From: Azolla caroliniana | Lineage: Eukaryota; Plantae; Polypodiophyta | Direction: 5' to 3' | Length of the DNA stretch: 64,000 bases | NCBI GenBank assembly: GCA_043228905.1 | Contig: JBHGNT010000015.1 | Location: 2,728,001-2,792,000, forward strand | Part shown: piece after piece, positions 26,702 to 41,000 of the stretch | Numbering within the stretch: position 1 is the first letter of the stretch | Layout of the letters: the number at the start of each line of letters is the position of its first letter | Position numbers and translations under genes: made by a program | Notes under the pieces: generated by a model | Database searches by the model: none | What the model was told of the DNA's origin: nothing | Seen by the model: the letters and a program-made list of their open reading frames with translations, nothing else

Positions 26702-28533
26702 ACCTCGTAAAGTGGAAGGCAATGCTCGGTCTAAAGTAAAATGGGATGTTATTACCTTACCTCGTTCTAAAGGGGGACTAGCCATTATTGATCTAGTAGA
26801 CCAATCAAGAGCATTATTAAGTAAGTTGCTCATTAGAGGATTTATGTTGGGGAAAGGGATATGGAAAGTACTATTGCTTGACCACTGTTCAGATTGCTCC
26901 CCTCGATTAGGTGCCCCCTGGTCAAAGGATGTAAATTGGATATTTAGGGAAAATTTCAAAGTACCTGCAGCTAACAAGTGGGAAGACAAATTTATTAGGA
27001 CATTATTTTCAGCATGGAAACAAGTATTACTTGGTTTGCTTCGCAATAAACCTAAACCCAAACACTATCTTGAGTATCTTAGACAAAGGATGGTCTGGAA
27101 TCCGTTGTTTACAACATTAGATGGTTTAGTGTTGGGTTCTAGACAATGGTTATCATGGGGGAAAATGACAGAAGGTCTTGCAAAAACAGTTCATACATGG
27201 CAACGTTTTTTATCACGTTCATGGGAAGAGAAAAAAGAAATCCTAGGTAGTCTGCATGGTGGCCAAATAATGTAACAACAAATTCAAGAAGTTATGAGTA
27301 GATTCCCCATTCCACCATATAACTCAAACCACTGATGGGTTGGGGTTTATTCAAGTTTGGAAGTACTCTTGGTTGTTAAGGGATATTCAGATGATAAGAC
27401 CTACAGATCTTTTGAGGTGGATGAAGCAAACCAATTGACACAGTCGGGGGAAATGAGGATAGATTACCCTTATGGTATGGAACACAAGATAAGAGTCATC
27501 GGATATGTTGACCGTAAATGGTATATTGATCCAATGATTAAGGAAATAAAGACACATTGGAAGTAGGTGTTGGCTAAAAAACCGGTATTCAGATTAGAAT
27601 GGGATCTGATTGATTATTAGCGGACAAATCCTTTTACGGGTAACAAGTTTAATTTCTTCCAATATTCTGTACAATTAGGGAGACATGTGCTTTCAGATAC
27701 ACGAGATGTGTTATCGACAACATTTCAATATTGGAATCAACAAGTCTCCCCAATTCCTTGCAAACTTCTGGGTTGTATTATGGGCAAGAAAACAACCACA
27801 TCAATATATTGCATGTACAGTGGTTACTTGTACACTGAGCCTTGTCGGTTGGCACATGGATGCATAGGATGGGAGTAGATTCTACTTGTGCACGATGCCA
27901 TGTACAAATGGAAACTCAAAAACATTGCTTATGGGAATGCACTAAGTCTCAATTGATATGGCAATGCCTCCTTAGGATTTTTGCTAACCATTTCCCCCCA
28001 TTGGTTTTCACTTGGGGCATGGTGGTTTGGACATCTCTTTCCATGATGCATTTCATTATGACACCAAATCTATGGACCATGGATTTTACACTAAATCTGG
28101 AAGTGTTCATACATTACCATTGTTCTCATTACAGTTTACAGGTATACGAAAGGAAGTCCAATCAGTATGGGAAATACTTAGTAGTACCACTATATATCAC
28201 ATTTGGAAGGTTAGGTGCTCTCTCATTTTCCATCAGCTTAAAACACTACCGGCTGAATTGGTTTTAAATATTTGGTTAGACATAGTTCATACTTTGAAAG
28301 GACAATGGGATGGTATTGTTGGAGATTTTGATGCTAAAATTGCTCAACGGCATGAGTTTATCACTATATGGAAAGCTACTCCATTCATGACAACCAATTG
28401 TGATACTCCTTATTGGCATTTTCAACCTCCGAAATGGTTGTTTCCCCCACCGATCACATAGAATTAAAAATCTTGTAAAAATGGTTACACTAATGACAAG
28501 ATATTTTCTTAAGTTTATTTATTTAAAAAAAAA
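26702..28533 (+). mobile_element. 5'-truncated L1-clade LINE with poly(A) remnant and 13-bp TSD
   Basis: KVKWDVITLPRSKGGLAIIDL (post-RT), zf-RVT CARCHVQMETQKHCLWEC, ends WHFQPPKWLFPPPIT*. A-run at 28525-28533. TSD AAATCTAACCCTT at 26689-26701 and 28531-28543. Confidence 0.92.
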
Positions 28534-29912
28534 TCTAACCCTTGTTCCTTGCCTTATCGAGTCACTCTGTTTTTCTATCAAAAGTACTTGCCATGCCTGT
28601 TAGTCGACCACATTTCTAGCTAACATCCCTCTCATTACCAATGGCACCCTAGTCTATCATCTGTTCATTTGATCAAGGAATCGATCGTTTATTGATGAAA
28701 TGGAACAATGTTTGCATGTGGAAAACATAACATAATCATATGTTTGCTACTTTGAGGAAAAATTAAACCTATCCATGGCATCTCAACTATGATTATAGAT
28801 CAACCAAAATTCTTCCAATTTGCTTTACGAAAACATGGAAAGCCAACTTTCATCCATTATTGGCATTTATTTGTTTTCATTTACATGATGAATTCATGTT
28901 AATTTTCATTTACTTCATCCATGTAATAACCTCTTAGAAAAGAACATTATTAACATTTTTCATTGATCTTGCCTCTCTAACCTTTAAGCTATGTTCACAT
29001 TAGCCTTTGTCCACTCCATCCAATGCCTCTTGAAATTGAAATTCAATCATATTCACAAACTCTAGAGAAATTGGTAAATCTCTCAATTCAATATAAAATT
29101 CAACTAACTTTTTAGTATTATTCACTTGAGACTTCATACTAACAAGCCAAGACCATCAATTTACTCACTCTTGAAGCACCAAAGGTATTTTGCAAATGTA
29201 CATTTCATACTAATGAGCAGAGAATGTATCTAAATTAATACTATCATTGGCTCGATTAGATGTTTGCCTATCAAAATAAAGAGCAATGATATTTTGTGAG
29301 GATGTTCCTATTCATAGTCAAGAAGACGAGTTACAATGATACGCATTATCTTGAATTTTTGAACATTTTATAAATTAATCAGAAATGTTTGTGTCAATGT
29401 TCTAAAAAGTTCTAGCCAAGTTCATAAATCCATAAACACAATCTAAATCTCGGTAGTAAAACTTTAGAAGCTTAGCCAATATAATAAATACCCTAGTACC
29501 TTGATAGATATAGTGAAGGGGGAATAAGGAATAATTGACAAAAAAAGCCTAATTTATCTGGGTATCCAATTAAAAGAAGCAACAAAAGACAATATACAAA
29601 ATATATATACAACGACTTTAGTCCTTTCACTATCAATGTTTTTGTACATTCTGCTTTGTGTCCTACACTCCGTATCAAAAACTCCCTTAGTTACATAAAA
29701 GAATCAAGAAATTTGCAGAAAGTATCAAATTGAGAGACAAACATCTTGTGTATGTAGATTGAATGTTGCTAATTTGCCCTCCACCTCAAGCAAGGCACAT
29801 GGCATGCCGTGTCCCCCAGCTCAAATTGGTCCATACTGAAATCCGAATGCGTTAACCATAAAGAAAGCGTACATATTACATTATTTTTTTGTACATAAAA
29901 CGAATATATAAG

Positions 29913-32900
29913 CTAAAACCCAAGTGCAGCTTGGCATTGCTGATCCCAATGTTTCTTAACTTGTCGGAGTCTTTCTTTACGTTCCTCCTGGAGCCTTTTC
30001 TCCCAATAATCATGACACCTAAAGCAAGAAAAATGGTTCAACACTAGTAAGGCCAAAACTCTGCTTTCATGGTGTACATAAATAGATATTCGTTGAATCT
30101 GATAATTGAGTGAAAAACATGATGTTTGTTATCTGACTTTTCTTGGGCTACATGCATTCTAACATATAAAGCATTGTGGTTTTAGAATAGCAAATTAAGC
30201 CCTCTTACCTTTTACTTATTAGCATGTTGAGCTCTACTAACTGAACAGCACCTGAATTTATGTTTTCCTACACAAAACCATTATCCACAAAGTTATAAAA
30301 AGCTTGAGAATTGATTGTATTGAAAAAGTTTCTGAAGATCCTCACCTCCCTACAAAGAGGGCATTTTGCTTTCCTATCTGCGAATCTCAGCCCTTCTACA
30401 GAAGAAACTGATGCGGCTGAACAAGCACAAGTATAGCAGAACATGTGTCCGCATCTCAAAGATACAGGGTCAAAAACAATCTCCTGCATATATCAACAAA
30501 ATTTGTTAAAAACCGTATTATTGAACATTCAAATCAGTCACAAAAAACTCACATAAGGTTCTGAGTCTTAGTAGAAAGGTTGCCAAATTCCGACTATTAA
30601 CATATGCAGTCATGAATGATAAGATAAGAGTGAAGCAGGAGTTCTACATTTGCTCTTGCCACATTCCATACATACTATTTACGATAAAGGACTGTCCATA
30701 AAGGAATTATCTTAAGAATTTCTCCTTCTACTATGGAAGAGGAATTGTGCTCAATAAAAGTATTGAGACTACACATTGACACAGTTCTGATTGTTGGGGG
30801 ATCAGCACCTTGAGTGTCATAATTACCCCAGACAGGAAGAGATTTTTTCAAATGCAACCAAGACAACACAATCCCAGTTATAAAATCGTAAGGATGTGTA
30901 TTTACCTATAACAGATTCAATTAACTGTTAAAATGTTGCTCTCAAGGTTTCTTGCTTAAAGAGAGAGAATTAATGCAACTGATACTGTAACTTACCAAGC
31001 ATACAGAACATGTAAGAGCAACTTCTAATTTGATAGCATCTGATAGCAAGAAAGAGAGAGTTGGCCTTGGACCCTCAAAATCACACACACATCGAGAAGC
31101 AATTTCTGAATCTGACTTCATATTATCTATGAGATTCAAATGGAAGGCTATCAATTCAACCAACCATGGTGATTGCAGTAGTTCCACATGCTTTGTTTGC
31201 AATTGGCTTTTGAAAATTTGACCAGTGGTTGAGTCATGAACCTGCAGAAAGGGTAAATTCTTGTGTCAACATGCATCCACATCAAAAGCATACACAGAAA
31301 GTGTAGATGAAATTCAGAAATCTCTTGAAGATTTGGCTATAATGATCACTTGACGCACTAAAAGAGAATCATAAAAAACATACACTAGAAATCACACAAT
31401 CATATATAATAGCTGCATTTACACAACACATAAAGACACATGTGTATCCACAAGCACAGACAATTGGTTGTTTTTACGATTAACATTCAAATGTGATGCT
31501 GACTCTCTCTCTCTCTCTCGTGGATGTTTATATAATATATATACATATCGTGGTAGGAATATAATAATTACTTTGTCATATTTCTTCAAAATCTTTTTTA
31601 GTGCCATGGCATTCATAGAAACATAGCTTGCAAGATTCTTTCCCTCATCAAACATCTCTGGAGGTCTACCAAAAGAAGATCTGTATTTCAATCGAAGTGC
31701 GAATTTCTGCAGACCAGATGCAAGATGGACATCTAATAGCCGTTGTACTCGAGAGTTAAAATTTCCCAGCACATCAGTTATCTCCTCCATTAGGAGGGGG
31801 AAAAATATGTTGTCACATTCTGTAAAGAAGAATAGATGTGATTCTTAATATTAATTCTTAAAGACTTCCAGTTTGAATCACACTTACAAGTTTTCAACTG
31901 AAATACAAGACCAGGAAAAAATAATTGATCATTTATTCAATCCAATACCCATAAAGAAATTTACTCATTTGACATCCTAAAATCCAAGGTATCAAACACG
32001 AGAGATTACTAGAAAGGGTTTAAATTTAGCAGACTGTGACTTGATGCAAAATGTTAGATATGAACCAAACGAATAATCGAATGAAGTTCGAAATATAGAT
32101 TACTGTAATGCTTCATGAAAAATAGATTCATTTATGGTTACTTCATCAAATATCTAAAATAATAGTCCAGAATTTCAAAATAATAATAATAATCTATTAC
32201 TATTTTTGTTTCGAAGTCGTAGAGCATTGATTCTCGAAACCTAAAACACACTGATAATCCTCCTCTTCATCATGGCACTTGAATTTAATACAGAATAAAG
32301 AACACAAGTCTCTTACATCTCAAACAGAACCTCATGAACGAGTAAGCATGAGATTCTTCTTTACAATGGTGGTGTTAAACCATACATTTGGAAACAAATT
32401 TCTTCTATTACATTTTTTGTTGTAGAAAGAATAGCAATCATCCATTTTGGAAACAAAATTCTGCTCTAAAACTAGAGAAGGATAAGCATGCACTTGATCA
32501 TGGCACCTAAAATTGATATCTGTTTCAAACAAAACTTAATGAATATATATAACGATGTCACACGCATTGAATTAGAGGTATTAAACCATAATTTTGGAAA
32601 CAAATGGCTTCTATTACAGTCTTTGAAAATAAATAAGTAGTGAGAATCAACCACTCAATACATGAAATCTGAAGTGAATCACGGACGCATAAACACATAA
32701 AGAGATCTTGAAAGGCATATATAAAAATGAAATATTGACCAATTTCTGCCTCACTCACCCGCTCTTGTTCCCTCGCTCAAATTTTTGCAACACACAAACA
32801 CCTCTCTATCACTCTCAAATCTTTAATGCACCAGAGGCGATATATTCATGCATTACTTATCACCCCACATCTTTCATGTTACAAAAGTAAGATTTTCATA

Positions 32901-32974
32901 CATCTCTTCTCTTCCCCCCTCCAAGAAAAGGCATTCAAATCTTTGCCAACAAAGTAATGTTTTCATACGTCTCG

Positions 32975-33033
<59 letters not shown>

Positions 33034-33217
33034 GACATCGTGCGGTTGAAGAAGAAGAAGAACCAGGAGTTGAGGATAATTCCGCCTGGTACCTAGATCC
33101 ATGGAACGGGCAATGCTTGAGAAGCTTCTTGAGGCGTTTGAACTCCACGTTGGAGACGCCAGGGAGGAGGCTTCTCTGCGTCTCCACGTACGCAGAGAAC
33201 TTCTTGTTGAACTTCAT
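29913..33217 (-). CDS. BAH1: SPX-RING E3 ubiquitin ligase (NLA/BAH1-like), complement(join(29913..30018,30209..30267,30346..30483,30996..31241,31572..31819,33031..33217)), 327 aa
   Basis: [10 protein letters not shown]...FKRLKKLLK (SPX N-terminus), [15 protein letters not shown]|VH (SPX lysine cluster), C3HC4 RING CSVCL|[19 protein letters not shown]...CPLCRE, C-terminus [21 protein letters not shown]. Exons total 984 nt, all GT-AG. Confidence 0.94.
32978..33029. repeat. (GA)n microsatellite, about 26 units, directly behind the SPX-RING intron-1 donor
   Basis: Seen directly; the minus strand reads CCAG|gtctctctc... Confidence 0.95.
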
Positions 33218-33446
33218 GGCGGGAGCATATACATATATGAAGCTGGAGCGATGGCGATGGCGATGGCGATGGCGATGACGAGAAATCGCGACAGAGAAAC
33301 CCACAGAAAAAAAAGGAAAAATAGAAGAAGGAAAACAGTTCTTCATTCGTTAACATTTCGTGTTAGATTTTGCTACTTAATAAATAAATAAATCGATTTA
33401 ATTTCCTCGTTTATCTATTATTAATCCTATTATAATATTCCAAAAG

Positions 33447-34563
33447 TCTTGGAAAAAGAGAGATTTTAGTACAATTTGAGTTCATGTAAAAACCCTAAAC
33501 CTCTTTTATTTGAAAAAGCAAAAGATTTATAAACATGAACTCCATACATTGTATCGAGTTGATGTAAAAAACAAAGATTTCATCACAATTCCATACAATG
33601 TATCAACTTCATGTTCAAAGTTTTTTTTTCCAAGTTTTAAAAAATAAAAAAATGAAAAAATCAAGTTTGAGTTGATGAAAAAACTAAATTTTTCACCACA
33701 ATTGAATACCATTATCAAGTCCATGTTTAAAGTAAAATATTTTAATTTTTTTTTGTTTATTATTATTATTTATTATTATTATTTTTAAAAAAACTTTAAA
33801 CATGAATTCGATATATACATTGTATCGACTTGTGATGAAAACTCTAGTTTTTTCATCACTTCAATTTTTTTAAAGAAAAAAAAAAACAAAAAGACCCAAA
33901 ATAAATAGAAAAAAAATCAAAATTGTTTTTTTAAAAAAACCCCCAAAAAACATTAAACATGAACTTGATACAATGTATGGAATCTTGAAAACTCTATTTT
34001 TCAACACTGTATCGATTTCGTGTTGAAACGTTGACTTTTCAACATGAATTCGATACATTGTATCAAGTTCGTGTTGAAAATCTTATTTTTTGACAAGCAC
34101 TCGATACAATGTATCGAGTTCATGTTTAAAGTTTTTTTTGGGGTTTAAAAAAAAAGTTTTTTTTCTACTTATTTTGGGTCTTTTTGTTTTTAAAAAAAAT
34201 TTAAAATTGAAGTGATTAAAAAACCAGAGTTTTCATCACAAGTCGATACAATGTATCGAATTCATGTTTAAGAAAAATTACTTTTAACATGACTTTGATA
34301 CATTGTATTCAATTGTGGTAAAAAATCTAGTTTTTTCATCAATTCAAGCTTGATTTTTTTATTTTTTTATTTTTAAAACTGGGAAAAAAAACTTTGAACA
34401 TGAATTTGATACATTGTATGGAATTGTGATGAAATCTTTGTTTTTTACATCAATTCGATACAATGTATGGAGTTCATGTTTATAAATCTTCTTCTTTTTC
34501 AAATAAAAGAGGTTTAGGGTTTACATGAACTCAAATTGTACTAAAATCTTTATTTTTACAAGA
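33447..34563. mobile_element. About 1.1-kb foldback (long inverted repeat) non-autonomous DNA element
   Basis: agattttagtacaatttgagttcatgtaaa...ccctaaacctcttttatttgaaaaag mirrors the 34490-34550 end, and the arms pair inward to a centre at about 34032 (tgttgaaa-cgttgact-tttcaaca). Internal palindromic motif GATACA(T/A)TGTAT is repeated many times. No TSD resolved. Confidence 0.88.
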
Positions 34564-34892
34564 GAAAAAGATGCATATCGATAGTGCAAAGAAGTATGTT
34601 GCACAACAAGACACCTTATGGTGAACATGTGCTTCATTGATTAACAAAAAACCATTAATAATTGTATTGATGGTAATTGAACCTTGCAAATGTCATTTAT
34701 GTGGTCTATAAAATATTCTCGTGGTTCTTAATCACCACTTCAAGCACTTAATGTTGATCTTCATAGTTTGGTTCATCTACAACAGAGAAACATTTATGTG
34801 GAACTAAGGATGACAACACAATCATAGCTTAGGTGACAAGGAAACTTGCAAGAACTCAAGGTGGGGATATTAATAGTTACACATGTAGTTGA

Positions 34893-35058
34893 CCATGACC
34901 TAGGGCACCAATTCTGCATTGGTGAAGTTTTGGACGTGGTCATGCTTTAAACCTTTGTAATACATCTACCATTATGGCCATGACCTAGGGCACCAATTCT
35001 ACATTGGTAAAGTTTTGGACGTGGTGATGCATTAAACCTTTGTAATACATCTATCATT
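34893..35058. repeat. Direct tandem duplication, 2 x about 85 bp
   Basis: ccatgacctagggcaccaattct...ttaaacctttgtaatacatcta at 34893 and 34978. Confidence 0.9.
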
Positions 35059-35644
35059 GACATTAGTGAGGTGGATATCATTGTGTATGACTTTACACTG
35101 ACAAAAGTTGGATGTTTAAGGACGACAACAATAGACATAATAAAAGAGATATTACCAAGTCTAGAAGATATCTTAGATTGAAGGCGAACAAGATTTAGTG
35201 CACACAATATGGAGACACCATTTAGTGAAGACAATGATTTGATTGGTACATTTGAAAATTAGGAGGAAGCGTCACAATTGTATATTATCTATAGTGGTGA
35301 TTCTCATGAAAGGAACGATGATAGTGATGCAAATAATTCCTAAATGTTTTTTTGTGCAACGATATGTAACAAATTTAGACAACATTTTATTGAATGAAAT
35401 AAAAAAGTTGATTGTTTTGAAATCTTTTGTTTATGATTTCATTAGGATCTAAAATACTACTAGTTGTAATTTCTCCTTAAAAATACACAAAGTTACTTTT
35501 TGTATTTGGCCAAAATTTTAGCTTTTTCATCAAGTTTTCGAGAACATGTGATATTAGTATCAAGGTGTTTTGTGAAATGGCCAAAAAAGCCCCAAAATTA
35601 GATAGAATATTACTTATCCTTCCATTTGTGAACGTGAATGTGTT

Positions 35645-37685
35645 TTTAGTGCTCCAAAGCGTTGATCTAGGAGTGATTTTGTCAGGCAATTAGCGATGTT
35701 CGCCTCAGTGTCGATCTTCTGAACTTCGAGCTTCTTCTCGGTTACTAGCTCCCGAATATGATGATATCGCACCTCAATGTTCTTTGTCTTCGCATGATAG
35801 ACATGATTATTAATGAGGTGTATTGCGCTCTGTGAGTCGTAGTAGATGGTAAGCGCTGGATGGTCGGTTCAACTTGTTACTGAGAAGTTGGTTGACAGTC
35901 GGTGCAACCAGATTGCTTCCTTCACTGCCTAATGCTGCTAGGTACTCGACCTTTGTGGTTGACAGGGCCGTGCACTCTTACAGCTTCAACCTCCATGATA
36001 TGGTGCTGCCTCCATAGGTGAATGTGTAGCCTGATGTTGACTTCCAATTGTCAAATTTCCGACCTTGTCGGAGTCGGTGTAGCTTCGACGTCGAATTTGC
36101 GGATTTGAAAGTCAGTTGTGCATCTTCGGTTCCTCTTAGGTACCTGAAGATGTGCTTGCCGGCTTCCCAATGCTTCCGTCTTGGGTTTGACATGTACCGG
36201 CTAACGACCCCTACGACATAGGCTAGGTCGGGTTGAGTCACCACCATCGCATACATGATACTTCTTATGACTGATGCGCGAGGTATCTTTCCATTAAGCT
36301 CTTTCTCCTCGTTCATCTAAGGAGAGTCTCTGTCCGATAGTCGGATCGACGTCGAAAGCGGTGTTGGTGTTGGCTTGGAATTTTCCATGTTGAAACGTCT
36401 CAACACCCTTCAGATGTAGTCAAACTAGGAGAGTCGAAGAGTCCGTGTCTTCCGATTTCGCTCTATCCTCATGCCCAACATGTGTCAGCCTTGTCCAAGT
36501 TCCTTCATCGCAAACTTGTTGTGAAGGCTTCACTTTATTTTTCCGATCTCTACTCGATTGCTCCATGCAATGAGCATGTCGTCGATGTATAAGATCAGAT
36601 AGATCTGGGACTCGTCGGCCAGTTGCCGAGTATATAAACATGGGTCGGAGTCAGATCGGCGGTATCCAAGCTGCCTGATGTAGGAGGCGAACTTTTGGTA
36701 TCCTCGACGCTTGTTTTAGGCCATAGAGACTTTTCTTCAATCGACATATGAGGTAAGTTTCCTACCCCGTCGTCGTGAAGCCGGCCGGTTGAGACATGTA
36801 GATGTCTTCTTCCAAATCTCTGTGTTGGAACCCCATCTTTACGTCCATTTGTTCTAGCTCTAGGTCTTCTGTCGCCATGAGCCTGAGTAGGAGTCGAAGG
36901 GTGGTCATCTTGACAACTAGAGAAAATATCTCGTCATAATCGACTTCATGTTCTTGCTTGAACCCCTTCGCAACGAGCTGAGCTTTGTATTTGGGCTTCT
37001 TTGAATCAGATACATATTTGTATCAGAATACCCATTTCCAAGGTAGTGGCTTTCTTCATGTTGGTAGTTCGACCAACTCCCATGTTTGATTCTGTCGAAT
37101 CAAGTCCATCTCGGATTAAATGGCTTGTAGCCATGTATCGACATTTGGTGCAATTATAACTTCTTCGTATGTGCTTGGTTCACCTGCACTGGTGTAGTTG
37201 GCATAGTTGAGGCCCGGTTGATAGAACTCTGTTGACCTTTTGACTCATTCGGATCTCCTGAGAGCCGGTTTTGCCAGTTCGATTTCTTCAGTCGACTCGG
37301 TCGGCCGATCATAATTGCTTGAACTGTCTTCAGGAGTCCTATTAGATGACTCGTCCCTATAGTAGGATTTCGGTGATGTCATGGCATCCTCCCCTTCTTC
37401 GGGATCAATTGACTTAGAGGTAGAAGACTTAGCCAACTCGGTTCTATTTTTCCCTTTGGCCTTGGGTGGGTCGGCTCGCCCCTTGTTGAGTTTGCCTTTT
37501 TGTCTTTGATGGCTTTGTCTTCGAGTTCAACTAGTGGACCTCTTACCGATTCGGAGTCGGCGGGTGTGTTGTCGGCTTGTTTGAGTTCAGTTGTTCGTTG
37601 AATCTCTGAGTCGGCCCGGTGGGTCGGCCTTTCTACGATGTCTCTATCGACTTCGAAGGAGACCTTTGTTAAGCACTTGGATTGC
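35645..37685 (-). mobile_element. Degenerate Ty1/copia internal fragment (integrase end, RT, RNase H); no LTR
   Basis: KYKAQLVAKGF, FSLVVKMTTLRLLL, LYIDDML, IMYAMVVTQPDLAYVVGVVSRYMSNP, KSTSGYTF, VQKIDTEANIANCLTK; many stops and frameshifts. Confidence 0.92.
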
Positions 37686-38092
37686 ACCACGACCAATCAT
37701 GAAGAAGAACGCATCAACAAGGATGTAGTATGGCTAAAGAACCCATGAAGAGGAAATGACAAGAGGAAACCCCCCCTCGTCGTAACACCAACCGACACCC
37801 CCATCTCCTAATCTACCCCAATCAAAGAAGTCAACACGGTCTTGCTCCAACAAATATTAAATTTAAAATTACGACTCACATTACGCGAAGTACAGAGCTA
37901 CACTGGCACCTTCATGACTGACAACCCCCAACTACGACCTATACTCGCCAAAGAAATAGAGTTCACACTTGAAGAGCTGCTCAAACTCAACATCCAACCA
38001 TGGCACGACGTCCTTCGCCGCCTCAATGGAGGCATGTCAGCAGATTATGGAGAGAAGATACACACCCACATCCCTCTTACGACCACAGTCCC

Positions 38093-41000
38093 TATCGAAT
38101 ACATGTGTATAATGGACGTATTCACACTATCCCGTTTTGGCCATTTATGTAATTAGCATAAAGGGTAGTTGCCCTAAGTCGGTCACTATATATAGTGACC
38201 TTGTAACCTTTTTGTAAGGTTGGGTGTTGTATTATTGCTTTGTGAAATAGAAATTTGTTTTGTGCCTCTCTGTCTCTCTGTCTCTCTCTCTCTCTGTGCA
38301 ACGACCTACAAACTGTCATACGCATGTACTCAACAGCAATCGAATGCTTCTTGATCTTCCGCACAGACGACTTTGTCTACAACATCTGGTATCAGAGCCT
38401 GCACAGTAGTCGGTCCTTCAATCCGCTGTCGGCCGTCGTCTCAGCATTCGGTTTCCTGCGTCATTCGAAGAAGAGAGAAGAAGAAGAAAAACGAGGCCTG
38501 CATCTCATCGCGTTAGATCATCTTTGCTTGGAGTAAGCCAGTAGGTTGTACTCCGTTCCTTGTGATCGTAACCGCTCGAGGTGAAATCCCCTTGTGCAAC
38601 TTTGACACGATCGTGCTCCATTCGGTTAAACGGCATCCGAAGAGGTCATCAAACGCTGCTCGCCGCTCATTGTAACCACTCGGTGCAGATCGGTCTCAAG
38701 ACAACAACCCCAATTCGTGCTTCATCCGGCTGATCGACATTCGAGAGGATCAGTTGGATCCATCTCTCTCGTCGCTGCAGTCACCCGAAGCCGAATCGGT
38801 CCAGATAATCGGTTTCAATAATCGGTATTCGGCATATATATCCGAAGCGAACCGGGCTCACTCCGACTCGGCAACATTCGGGAAGACCAGTCGGTTCTGT
38901 CCCTCAAGCTACCGGAGTCAATTCGAGCAAGTTCCGAAGCCGAACCGACTCGAGTTCAAATCCGACTAGAACGATATCGGGTGAGCCAACCGGCTGCACT
39001 CCAACAAGGTTCGTAGTCAACTCCGAACCGAGCTTCGTCAACCGAAACCAAATTTGATGGCATCAACATCCGGCTCGTCAGAAATGAGTCTACGAAAGTT
39101 CGATGGATCGAACTTCAACTTCTGGAAGGAACAAATGCAGGACTATCTCATAGTCAAGGGGCAAATCGACCCCATCGAAAATGAAGAACCTCCAGAAGGA
39201 TACAAACCAATTGAGTGGCAGAAGCTGGACAGAATCGTCCGCGCCACGATTCGGATGCACCTATCGGAATCGGTATACTTTACGGTGCAATCGTGTACGA
39301 CAGCATTCGAACTGTGGAAAACACTGTCGGACACTTACGAAAAGAAGGTCGCCGCAACGAAGATGTTTCTGATCCGGCGCCCCTACAACTTGCGGATGAA
39401 AGAATCCGATTCGGTCCAAGCACACCTCAATGAGTACGAAAGCATAAGCTCCCAAATCTCGTCACAGGGGACGGCAATCGAGGATGAACTCAGAGCAATG
39501 ATACTCATGAGCAGCCTTCCCTCATCATGGGAAACTTTCGTCACAACCGTGTGCAACGCGTCAACCACGGCTGTTAAATACTCCGAAGTCACGAGCGCAA
39601 TCCTGACCGAAGCAGCTCGGAGAAAGTCTTTCGCCAAAGACTCAACAGACGACGCTTACGTAGTACAAGGTTCGACAGACCGATCGAACATACGAGGAAG
39701 AGATTCCTCACGGCCGCCGAACAATTAGCGAAGACGGAGCCAGTCACGGGATAACCGAATCTGCAACTATTGCAAGAAACCCGGACACATCAAAGCCGAC
39801 TGCCGTGCACTCAAGAACAAGAACAACAAGAAGAGTGGCCGGCATGAGGAGATCAATTACGTTAGCTTCTCAGCTGATGTACTACCGGACGACCCGAATA
39901 TACTATCAATCGAAAATCCAGTCGGATCAGAAGTTCTACTCACGACTGAAGAATCGAGCACATGGCTCTTAGATTCGGGCGCGTCATTTCACGTGACTCC
40001 TCATCGATCCCAATTTCGGCAATATACGATCCGTCACTCCGACTCAGTTCGAGTCGGCAACTCACAACACTGTGACATCATCGGAATCGGCACAATAGAG
40101 CTCAACCTTGCAGGTGGCTCTACACTTGTACTCCACAATGTCCGACATGTACCCGAGCTCTCAAGGCCATTGATCTCAGTCGGACAACTAGATGAAGACG
40201 GCATTCGTGCCGGTTTTTCTTCGGGAGGGTGGACACTCCACAGGGGGAACCTCCTGCTTGCTAGAGGACCCAAGATACACTCCCTGTATCCGTTACATGT
40301 TACGCTCAGAGAGGGTAACCTGTTTTTGGTGGATATTCCTGTGTCATCACTATGGCACCGAAGATTAGGACACCTCAGCAAGGCCGGCATCACGCACCTA
40401 TCTAGAGCCGGATACATCCCCAAACTCTCCTTCTCGGACCATCAATTCTGCGAGCATTGCCAGTATGGCAAACAAGCAGCCGGATCACACCCGACATCAG
40501 CACCAAGAGAAACGAGACCTCTCGATTTGGTCCACTCGGACGTCTGTGGCCCAATGCCGCATCAGTCTCTCGGCGGTGCCTCTTACTTCGTCACTTTTAT
40601 TGACGATTCGACTCGAAAGGTGTGGGCTTATCCAATTCGCACCAAAGATCGGGTCTTCTCGATCTTCACCGATTGGCTCGCTATGGTAGAAAATCAAACC
40701 GACCGAAAGCTGAAATGCTTTCAGACAGACAATGGGGGAGAGTTTAAATCCGAAGAATTCATCAAATTCTGCCGACAACGCGGCATCCGACGTGAATTTA
40801 CGGCACCACACAGTCCGGAGCAAAACGGGATTGCCGAACGCATGAATCGGACAATCCAAGAACGGATAGTTTCCATGCTCCAACACTCCGGACTGTCGGA
40901 TGGCTTCTGGGCAGAGGCTCTACTCACGGCAGTACACACAATCAATATGTCGCCAAGTAGACCTCTAGGACTTCAAATTCCTCAGGAACTATGGATCGGC

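Noticed and set aside
33218-33360. miR827 site and P1BS in the SPX-RING 5' UTR
   Set aside because: No miR827 complement is visible. One GCATATAC (33225-33232) fits GNATATNC, but such a short motif is expected by chance.
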